From Planctopirus limnophila DSM 3776 (lineage in GTDB: Bacteria; Planctomycetota; Planctomycetia; Planctomycetales; Planctomycetaceae): DNA of 32,000 bases. The notes below the pieces were generated by a model. That model saw only the letters and a list, made by a program, of their open reading frames with translations, was not told where the DNA came from and ran no database searches. Both the position numbers and the translations under genes were made by a program. The stretch spans positions 3,120,001 through 3,152,000 of the forward strand of contig NC_014148.1 in NCBI RefSeq assembly GCF_000092105.1, written 5' to 3'. Positions 24,711-32,000 of this stretch are shown here, piece by piece (position 1 is the stretch's first letter; every line of letters starts with the position of its first letter).

Positions 24711-26921
24711 ATGCCGTCTCCCGCACCATTAACGGATCGAATCGCTCAAGCTCTGCAACTTCGACCTGCCCAGGTCGAAGCAGCCGTTCGTTTGCTCGAT
24801 GAAGGGAACACGATCCCGTTCATCACCAGGTATCGCAAAGAAGCCACCGGCAATCTCGATGAAGAGAAACTGCGGCTTATCAGCGAAGAGCTCACGTCCG
24901 GGCGTCAACTGGAAGAACGGGCATCGGCCATTACCCGCTTGCTTCAGCAGCAACAGCAGCTCACGCCAGAACTGGAAGCCTCCATTCGCGGGGCGACATC
25001 ACTCAAACAACTCGAAGACCTCTACCTTCCATTTCGCCCCAAGCGAAAAACCCGGGCCACAATTGCCAGGCAACGTGGGCTGGAACCGCTGGCCACACGC
25101 ATTCTGCATGATGATCGGACATTGGGAGATTTGCAGCAGGCCGCGAAGAGTTTCATCTCCACCGAACAGGGGTTGAACAGCGTCGAAGAAGTTTTGAGTG
25201 GTGCTCAGGATATCATCGTCGAGTGGATCAGTGAGAACTCAGCAGTTCGCGAGGCGTGCCGACAGGTTCTCCGTCAGACAGGTCGACTGCAATCCACGGG
25301 GATCGAAAAAGCGACACCCCAGATGCAGGCCGAGTACCGCGACTACCTCGACTTCTCCGACATGATCATGAAAATCCCTCCTCATCGGCTGCTCGCACTC
25401 AATCGAGGTGAGCGCGAAGAGGTTTTGCGCATCAAGGTTTCGTGGGATAAACATCGCGCACAGTTTGTCACTGGCAAAATTCTGAATGTCGATGCCCGCT
25501 GCTACAACCAGTTCATGAACGAGGCGATTGCAGAAGCACTCGAACGGCATCTGCTCCCTTCGCTCGACCGGGAACTACGCAAAGACGTCACACTCAAAGC
25601 CGAGAAACACGCGATTGATGTCTTCGCCAGAAATCTTCGCAACCTTTTGCTCCAACCTCCGTTATCACCCCAGCGGGTGCTGGCCATCGATCCTGGTTTA
25701 CGAACGGGTTGCAAGCTGGCTGTGCTGAACGAAACCGGCGATGTCCTCGCACTCGATGTGGTCTACATCACCGGCAATGCCGACCGGCAACTCGAGGCAC
25801 GCAACAAGATTGTCCAGCTGGTTCGCGAGCATGGCATCAAAACCATCGCGATTGGCAACGGAACGGCCTGCCGCGAAACGGAAGAACTCGTGGCACAGGC
25901 TATTCGCGATGAACTGCCCGATGTGCATTACATTATCGTCAATGAGGCCGGGGCGAGCATTTACTCCGCCAGCACCATTGCCCGCGAAGAATTCCCCGAG
26001 CTGGATGCCACCGCTCGAGGGACAATTTCCATTGCCCGCCGCTTGCTGGATCCCCTCAGTGAACTCGTCAAGATCGAACCTCAACACTTAGGTGTCGGCA
26101 TGTATCAGCACGACATTCCGCCCAAACAATTGAAGTCGGCTCTCGATGGTGTGGTTGAATCGTGTGTGAACTATGTAGGTGTCGATCTCAATACGGCGAG
26201 TGCCTCGTTACTGCGGTATGTCTCGGGGCTGAATCAACTCCTCGCCAAGCGAATTGTCGATCGACGCAAAGTTCGTGGGCCATTTCGAAATCGGGCCGAA
26301 CTGCTCGAAGTCCAGGGGATCGGCCCCACGATCTTCACTCAGGCAGCGGGCTTTTTGAAAGTCGCCGGGAGTGAACCACTGGACGGCACGTGGATTCACC
26401 CGGAGAGCTACCCAGCCACCAAAACCCTGCTGGAAAAGCTGCAGGTTCCACTCGTCGAATTAACCGGCGAAAACTCCACCAATCTATGGCGGAGCCAGTT
26501 GCTGCAGCAGGCCGAACAGATCAAACAGCAACCCACCGAACTGGAACGTCTGGCCAGCGATGTGCATGTCGGCATGGAAACTTTGCGCGATATCCTCGAC
26601 TCGCTGCTAAGGCCCGGGCGCGATCCGCGCCTCGACCTGCCCAAGCCGGTCTTCAGGCAGGACATTCTGCGATTTGAAGACCTCGCGGAAGGTGTCGAAC
26701 TGGAAGGGACCATCCTCAATGTGGTCGACTTTGGTGCATTTGTTGACATTGGCTTAAAGGACAGCGCTCTGATCCACGTTTCCAAAATGTCGAATCAGTT
26801 CATTCGCAACCCGCACGAAATTGTCTCGGTGGGAGACCGCGTCACCGTCTGGGTCGCGGACATTGACAAGGAACGTCGACGGGTCGGATTGAGCCTGATA
26901 CGACCTCAACCCTCTCTGTAA
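24711..26921 (+). CDS. tex: Tex-like transcription accessory protein (YqgF/HhH/S1 domains)
   Basis: N-terminal LDEGNTIPFITRYRKEATG signature, YqgF-like AIDPGLRTGCKLAV, and a C-terminal S1 domain GTILNVVDFGAFVDIG...HVSKM. 736 aa. Confidence 0.95.
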   Translation: MPSPAPLTDRIAQALQLRPAQVEAAVRLLDEGNTIPFITRYRKEATGNLDEEKLRLISEELTSGRQLEERASAITRLLQQQQQLTPELEASIRGATSLKQLEDLYLPFRPKRKTRATIARQRGLEPLATRILHDDRTLGDLQQAAKSFISTEQGLNSVEEVLSGAQDIIVEWISENSAVREACRQVLRQTGRLQSTGIEKATPQMQAEYRDYLDFSDMIMKIPPHRLLALNRGEREEVLRIKVSWDKHRAQFVTGKILNVDARCYNQFMNEAIAEALERHLLPSLDRELRKDVTLKAEKHAIDVFARNLRNLLLQPPLSPQRVLAIDPGLRTGCKLAVLNETGDVLALDVVYITGNADRQLEARNKIVQLVREHGIKTIAIGNGTACRETEELVAQAIRDELPDVHYIIVNEAGASIYSASTIAREEFPELDATARGTISIARRLLDPLSELVKIEPQHLGVGMYQHDIPPKQLKSALDGVVESCVNYVGVDLNTASASLLRYVSGLNQLLAKRIVDRRKVRGPFRNRAELLEVQGIGPTIFTQAAGFLKVAGSEPLDGTWIHPESYPATKTLLEKLQVPLVELTGENSTNLWRSQLLQQAEQIKQQPTELERLASDVHVGMETLRDILDSLLRPGRDPRLDLPKPVFRQDILRFEDLAEGVELEGTILNVVDFGAFVDIGLKDSALIHVSKMSNQFIRNPHEIVSVGDRVTVWVADIDKERRRVGLSLIRPQPSL

Positions 26922-27162
26922 CGATCGCCCTGAGCGAATTTAGGCCGTAAGCCACGAGAGCCGAAGGTTCAATCGCTCACTTCTGCGTGTTGCCAGGAGT
27001 CGATGTGATCGCTGAACGACCATTCTTTTGTCGATTTTCCGTGATCACTCGCTGAAACCTGAGCGAAACGAAGTCGGCACACCACTTGCTTAATGTTACA
27101 TCCACGTCAGTCGGGGATGAACGGGTGATTGATACGCTTTCCATAAAATAAGGGCGATCTTT

Positions 27163-27192
27163 GTGCCATGCTTGCAGCTCTGGGCAAGCATG
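27163..27192 (+). repeat. GTGC-headed palindromic repeat, copy 5
   Basis: GTGCCATGCTTGCagctctggGCAAGCATG. It shares the left flank gcgatct with copy 4. Confidence 0.8.
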
Positions 27193-27346
27193 TTTTCACA
27201 ACCAACAACGCGCTGTGATTTCCTGGGAAACGTATTAGATCTCAGGCTTGCACGCTATCCCCGAATTTTAGCGAGGCTTTTCAAGGTCGCCCCACCGAGA
27301 TTTGCTTCATGACTGCTGAATTCGCACGACCCTTTTGAGGAGAAAC

Positions 27347-27667
27347 ATGATGAAGAGTTTAATGAGCGGTGCCGTGGCGATGACGTTGATTGCCGGCTTG
27401 GTGGGATGCAGCGAAAGCCCGATGCAGCCGCAGGCTGATATGATCCGGCACGAAACAAAGCGTGTGTCCAATGATAGCCGTAACGAAGCGAATAGCGCAG
27501 CCGAAGCGATTCGCAATCAGACGGGAAAGACCATTACGGGTGAATCAAAGTCCGGCGTCGCGGAAGACACGGCTGACTACATTGAGAAGATTGGTGAGCG
27601 GAAGGCCGATGCCGTCGAGAAGGCTGGCGAAAAGAAAGCCGATCAACTCGAAGAAATGAAGCCATAA
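27347..27667 (+). CDS. Small hydrophilic lipoprotein
   Basis: GAGGAG at 27337-27342. Starts at ATG 27347 or 27350. Signal peptide MMKSLMSGAVAMTLIAGLVGC has the lipobox LVGC. The mature part is charged and low-complexity (KADAVEKAGEKKADQLEE). Confidence 0.7.
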   Translation: MMKSLMSGAVAMTLIAGLVGCSESPMQPQADMIRHETKRVSNDSRNEANSAAEAIRNQTGKTITGESKSGVAEDTADYIEKIGERKADAVEKAGEKKADQLEEMKP

Positions 27668-27691
27668 GCGAACCAACTCATATAACGATAT

Positions 27692-27748
27692 CCGCCGGAT
27701 GGAAAGTAACTTTTTCAAGTTCTTCCATTCGGCGGTTTTTTCCTTTTT
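27692..27748 (+). terminator. Rho-independent terminator after the lipoprotein gene
   Basis: CCGCCGGATGGAAagtaactttttcaagtcTTCCATTCGGCGG followed by ttttttcctttttg. Confidence 0.75.
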
Positions 27749-27824
27749 GAATAAAGAAAACGCGGTGATCTCACCTCCAAATAGGCCCATTTTTCTATAT
27801 GGATTCCAATAACGAGTGCGCATT

Positions 27825-27949
27825 GGGTGGCTGGGGTTGAGTCTTCTAACCCCCAGCGATCTTCGACCGGGTGGCTGGGGTTGAGTCTTCGAACCCCCCA
27901 GCGATCTTCGACCGGGTGGCTGGGGTTGAGCGTCTTCGCGAACCCCCAG
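27825..27949 (+). repeat. Tandem array (about 2.8 units of 44-45 nt) of a GTGG-headed palindrome
   Basis: Units start at 27825, 27869 and 27914: gggtggCTGGGGTTgagtcttc(t/g)AACCCCC(C)AGcgatcttcgacc. The last unit is truncated after its hairpin and followed by TTTTT. It lies between convergent genes. Confidence 0.9.
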
Positions 27950-27987
27950 TTTTTGCCGATGACCGCTGCTTGTAGCTGGAATTCGTA

Positions 27988-30420
27988 TCAATTTGTATTG
28001 ATCGATGCCGCTACCGCATTACGGCAAGTATCAATCAGTGCCGCACGATCCACCGGCTTGGAAATATAGTAGTCACATCCTGAATCGAGGCAGCGTTTCT
28101 TGTCCCATTCCATAGCATGCGCCGTTAAGGCAATAATGGGGTGAGTGAATCCTTTCGTCCGCAATGAGCGTGCCAGGGTATAGCCATCCATTTCAGGCAT
28201 CTGCATATCGGTCACAATGAGATCAAACAGACCGACATTCTTCAGAGAACCTTGAATCGTTCCGTCGGATGTCATCGCTTCGAGTGCCAGTTTCCCGTTG
28301 TCAAACACCGCGACATCTGCGCCCGCCTTACGAAGATGAAAAGCAATGAGTCGCTGATTATCCAATCCATCCTCAACGAGAGCGATGTTCAAGCCATCCA
28401 GCGGGAGCTGTTTGACAATCTCCACTGCCAACTCTTCTTTCACCAGTCGTTTCGTGGAACTCTCGGGCTTGACCTCTGTGACGACTTCATGTGGCGCTTC
28501 AGCCAGCCCCGTTGAAATAGTGAGTTGAAAGACACTCCCCTTTCCTGGCTCGCTGCTGATCGTGATGTTTCCACCCAGAAGTTGAGCCAGACTTTTGCTG
28601 ATGCGCAGTCCAAGACCAGTGCCGCCAAACTTGCGCGTGGTGCTGGTATCGGCCTGCACAAAAGCGCCGAAGAGTTGACTCATCTGCTGCGGAGTCATCC
28701 CGATACCAGTATCAACAACATCGATCACGATTAAGCCCGGAAAGGTATTCGCATCGGTATGCACCTTCATCGAGACTTCGCCATGCTCGGTAAACTTGAT
28801 GGCATTCCCCAGCAGATTCACGAGAATCTGCTTCAGCCGCACAGGATCCGTATGGATGATCGTGGGCAGTGGTTCCACAAGGTTCAAACGGAGATTGATC
28901 CCCTTGCGAGTCGCCTTGAACTGCATCAGGGATTCGACATCTTTAACTAGATACGCGAGATCCGTGGGAATCTTCTCGACAGTCATCATGCCAGCTTCGA
29001 TCTTCGAGAGATCGAGGATATCGTTAATGATCTCCAGAAGATGGTCTCCGTTGCGGCGAATCGTCTCAATGCACTCGATACGCTCAGCCGAAGTCGTCCC
29101 GGCCGGATCACTATTCTCGGCCAGGAGTTCCGTATAGCCCAGAATCGCGGTCATCGGCGTGCGGATTTCATGACTCATATTCGCGAGAAAATCGGTCTTG
29201 GCACGGTTGGCCGATTCGGCGGCATTCCTGAGACGCTCCATTTCCTCAGCGTGGCGTTTGAGTTCCTCCTGATGTTGATGCTGCTCAGTGATATCACTTT
29301 CAATCGCCATAAAACCCGAGATCTCGCCACGTTCATCACGCAGTGGATCGATTTCAATGCGAATATAGTATTCTCGCCCGTTCTTGGAGTAGTTCACGAC
29401 TTCTTCCGTGACGGGAAGCCCCTGGCGGATCGCATCACCAATTCGTTGGATCGCCATGGGGTTGGTATTGGGACCTTGCAGAACGTCTCCCGGTTTCTTC
29501 CCGCGAAGGTCTTCAATCGTATAACCGCAGATACGGGTGAACCCTTCATTGATCCATTCGACACGGCCCTTGCGATCGGTGATCACCACACCATTCGCTG
29601 TGCGGCGGGCGATCTCCGCTAGACGGTTCACCTCGGAGGTGCGGTTCCTCACCTGCCGCTCCAGTTCGACGGCCCTCGACTCAACCGCCTCACGCAACTG
29701 GCGCTCCAACCTCTTCGATGCAAACACCTTCCCGAACGATGCGAGATTGGTACAGAATCGCCAGGAAAAGATATTGAGTGCCAAAAGGAAGAATGCCAGC
29801 AGCCGGTAGGCGGGCCACACAAACATCAGCATCGACATGGCATAGCCGCAGATCGCGCAGAAGAGAAAAATCGCGGCCAGATCGAACAACTGCTGATTGC
29901 GATCCTCAGCCCGCTCGTCGAAGTACGATCTCATCCAGAAAATAAAAATTCGTAGATAGGCCACAATCACCGCGGCATTCAGCACCAGCAGCGCGATGAT
30001 CCACGGCCAATCACTTGTCCCCTCAGATGTGAGCAGACAATGTGTGCGGGGCATGTAATAGCCGCCACCAGTGAAGAAATCGACAATCGATGCACCAGTC
30101 CGCGACGGTGCATGATCGAGTCGATTGACCGGCGATATCGCAGAAACCGGCACACCGAAAGCAGAGGCCGGAAGCGGGCACATCTCATGGGTACTGGCCA
30201 GATGAGCCGTCTGGATAAATTTCGGACACGATGCCAGTGGCGGCGAGTCGCTAGGGTTCACGCTCGATGAGGGAAGCAGAGAATCGCGTTCAGAATTGAG
30301 CGAGCAGGATCGATCCCAGAGAATCAGGCCGAGAAACGAGAGAGCGACGGCTCCCGCAATCCAGCGCGGATCGCGGGCACACCTCGAAACTCGAGGGTTG
30401 TCTGGCGGACTAGGCGGCAC
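27988..30420 (-). CDS. Membrane-bound PAS-domain hybrid sensor histidine kinase / response regulator
   Basis: Hydrophobic N-terminal helices. PAS-like segment VVITDRKGRVEWINEGFTRICGY. H-box FLANMSHEIRTPM. G-boxes DTGIGM and GGTGLGL. C-terminal receiver FDLIVTDMQMPEMDG. The start is uncertain; in-frame ATG at 30054 is possible. Confidence 0.9.
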   Translation of the reverse strand: MPPSPPDNPRVSRCARDPRWIAGAVALSFLGLILWDRSCSLNSERDSLLPSSSVNPSDSPPLASCPKFIQTAHLASTHEMCPLPASAFGVPVSAISPVNRLDHAPSRTGASIVDFFTGGGYYMPRTHCLLTSEGTSDWPWIIALLVLNAAVIVAYLRIFIFWMRSYFDERAEDRNQQLFDLAAIFLFCAICGYAMSMLMFVWPAYRLLAFFLLALNIFSWRFCTNLASFGKVFASKRLERQLREAVESRAVELERQVRNRTSEVNRLAEIARRTANGVVITDRKGRVEWINEGFTRICGYTIEDLRGKKPGDVLQGPNTNPMAIQRIGDAIRQGLPVTEEVVNYSKNGREYYIRIEIDPLRDERGEISGFMAIESDITEQHQHQEELKRHAEEMERLRNAAESANRAKTDFLANMSHEIRTPMTAILGYTELLAENSDPAGTTSAERIECIETIRRNGDHLLEIINDILDLSKIEAGMMTVEKIPTDLAYLVKDVESLMQFKATRKGINLRLNLVEPLPTIIHTDPVRLKQILVNLLGNAIKFTEHGEVSMKVHTDANTFPGLIVIDVVDTGIGMTPQQMSQLFGAFVQADTSTTRKFGGTGLGLRISKSLAQLLGGNITISSEPGKGSVFQLTISTGLAEAPHEVVTEVKPESSTKRLVKEELAVEIVKQLPLDGLNIALVEDGLDNQRLIAFHLRKAGADVAVFDNGKLALEAMTSDGTIQGSLKNVGLFDLIVTDMQMPEMDGYTLARSLRTKGFTHPIIALTAHAMEWDKKRCLDSGCDYYISKPVDRAALIDTCRNAVAASINTN

Positions 30421-30995
30421 CGTACGGCTCCAGGAAATTGTTACGCAAAGAATTCAGTCGATTTCGGCATAGCCCTTATGAAATTCTTCGCCACTGACAG
30501 ACTTCCTGAATCAGTTCACCACTCTCATCATCAGCCCGAACAGTGTTTCCACTCACGCTACACTTGGAAAAGGTGGCATTGGCGAAAGAGTCAGAACATA
30601 ATCAAGCATTCAACGGGTGGCACAGCCTTGGGTGGCACGACCCTGAAGGCTTTGCGAAAGGGCGTGGTCTTTCCACTCCTCAACATCACATTGTGGTGTA
30701 CCACCGAATGGCCGGATTCAGATCTCCTACTCCGCCTCCCGGCCACAAAGTGTTGCCAGCTCAAACGCTTCCGCGATATGTTTTGCCGACGTGACAGCAT
30801 ATTCGCCATACACAATCAGCGTCCGTCACCTGTGGACAAACCACGACGTCTGACCAGTCTTCAGCCACACATTGAAATCAGTGCTCACACAAATTTGTCA
30901 CAAAAGACAGCAAGCCTGTTTGTCGGTATCTCTCATCTCGCCGTTGATCTCTGGAAAGCGTACCAAACTCACCTCTGCAAAGAGAGATTCACATC

Positions 30996-31976
30996 ATGCA
31001 GCCAAAACAGCTCTCCGAATGTGCCGCAGCCATTCACCGACTCCTCAAACACGCCCGAATGACATGGCTTCTAGGTTCTCTGGCCTTCATGGTATGTGAT
31101 GGGAATTCCGCTGCCTGTCAGGCCTCCGATCCACCCCTGGAACAGACGGCAAACGCCACCGAAGTCTTCTCCCTCTCGGAAATCTCTTCGAAGCTGAAGG
31201 AGCTACCACCCAGCCTCGCCCAATGGCAGGGCTTTCCCGTCCATCAGCTCGAAAGTGGTGGCAGACAGGCCATGATTGTCATGCCCAAGATGGCACACAA
31301 CATTCCCGAAGGCCGCGGCAAGCCCTGGGTCTGGATTGGCGAGTTCCCCCATGTGCTCAATGACTTTGAAACCCGCATGCTGCGGGAAGGGTTCGCCATT
31401 GTCTATTTACCCACTCCCAATCAGTTCGGATTAGCCCCCGCCATGAAAGCGTGGGAAGAATTCTATGACCGTCTCACGCGCGACTATGGCTTTGACCAGC
31501 AACCCGCACTCGTCGGCATCAGCCGGGGTGGCTTATACGTTTACAACTGGGCCTCCCGGCATCCCGACAAAGTCTGCTGCATTTACGGCGACGCCCCGGT
31601 GTGTGATATCCTGAGCTGGCCCGCTGGTCAACCTGTCAACGCCCAATACAAAGGGCCAGGCAGCGCTCCCAATTGGAAAGCACTCAAGGAAATAGCCGGG
31701 ATCGCCAGCGATGCCGAGATCGCCAAAGCCGGCTTAAGCCCGATCGATCAACTCGAACCCCTGGCCAAGGCAAACATCCCCCTGCTCCATGTCTATGGCG
31801 ATGCCGACGAAGTCGTACCCTGGGATGAAAACACGGGAGTACTCGCCACCAGGTACAAGGCCCTGGGTGGCGAGATCACCCTCATTCCCAAGCCCGGCGT
31901 CAAACATCACCCCCACGGACTGACCGATTCCACACCTATCGTCGAATTCGTTAAGAAAAGCTGGCTGAAGCAATAG
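30996..31976 (+). CDS. Secreted alpha/beta hydrolase (dienelactone hydrolase / esterase-like)
   Basis: Nucleophile elbow GISRGG, acid region HVYGDADEVVPW and His region VKHHPHG. Alternative start ATG 31059 gives the signal-like MTWLLGSLAFMVCDG. Confidence 0.75.
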   Translation: MQPKQLSECAAAIHRLLKHARMTWLLGSLAFMVCDGNSAACQASDPPLEQTANATEVFSLSEISSKLKELPPSLAQWQGFPVHQLESGGRQAMIVMPKMAHNIPEGRGKPWVWIGEFPHVLNDFETRMLREGFAIVYLPTPNQFGLAPAMKAWEEFYDRLTRDYGFDQQPALVGISRGGLYVYNWASRHPDKVCCIYGDAPVCDILSWPAGQPVNAQYKGPGSAPNWKALKEIAGIASDAEIAKAGLSPIDQLEPLAKANIPLLHVYGDADEVVPWDENTGVLATRYKALGGEITLIPKPGVKHHPHGLTDSTPIVEFVKKSWLKQ

Positions 31977-32000
31977 CCGCCGTTCGTAAAAATGTGCTGG

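Noticed and set aside
27825-27949. The tandem 44-nt palindromic repeats considered as a CRISPR array.
   Set aside because: The units abut directly with no unique spacers. There are only about 3 units and no cas genes or leader in the window.
29700-30060. The N-terminal membrane module of the hybrid kinase (IFLFCAICGYAMSML) resembles the ethylene-binding domain of ETR1-type receptors.
   Set aside because: The Cys is present but the His four residues downstream and other conserved positions are not evident by eye. The resemblance is too weak to claim without a profile search.
30478-31062. 194-aa plus-strand ORF filling the kinase-hydrolase gap.
   Set aside because: Its composition (His, Trp, Cys, Arg, Ser rich) is unlike the confident genes, and it overlaps the hydrolase start out of frame. 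It is treated as non-coding.
1-32000. Looked for a defence island, prophage, IS/transposase, integrase, toxin-antitoxin pair, secretion system or biosynthetic gene cluster.
   Set aside because: None of the supported ORFs carries motifs of such systems. The gene content is core metabolism, signalling and ordinary accessory enzymes. The only mobile-like signals are the short REP/REPIN-type repeats.

Overview
This looks like a planctomycete chromosomal segment: it encodes a PSCyt1 (planctomycete cytochrome c) + WD40 protein, has long intergenic gaps, and has few Shine-Dalgarno sites. I can support about 24 protein genes.

Genes left to right:
- PtsN-like EIIA (partial)
- PIG-L/LmbE deacetylase
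- PP2C phosphatase
- large secreted metzincin-type zinc protease
- STAS anti-sigma antagonist
- LarC
- unannotated 28-aa highly basic ORF
- PSCyt1-WD40 protein
- minus-strand run sucC-sucD-ROK kinase-ppx-ppk1
- CitG-like / PTPS(QueD)-like pair
- SGNH-type hydrolase
- FAD monooxygenase
- K+ channel
- 72-aa orphan
- Tex
- small lipoprotein
- PAS hybrid histidine kinase
- alpha/beta hydrolase

I found no rRNA, tRNA, CRISPR array, transposase, integrase, phage gene or recognisable defence gene. I see no convincing evidence for a coherent novel multi-gene system.

The unusual content is mostly non-coding. Almost every larger intergenic gap holds one of at least four families of short palindromic repeats with a GTAG, GTGG or GTGC head (REP/REPIN-like). 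These include exact 41-nt copies 13 kb apart, inverted doublets, and a 3-unit tandem array.

Other points worth a second look:
- a LarC C-terminal (HSHD)15 tail encoded by nine perfect 12-bp repeats
- a bS22-like mini-ORF
- a phased array of four TTGACA-containing 16-mers
- a heptanucleotide microsatellite in a 5' leader
- a ROK kinase embedded in a polyphosphate gene cluster

All functional calls come from motif recognition by eye. No searches were run.
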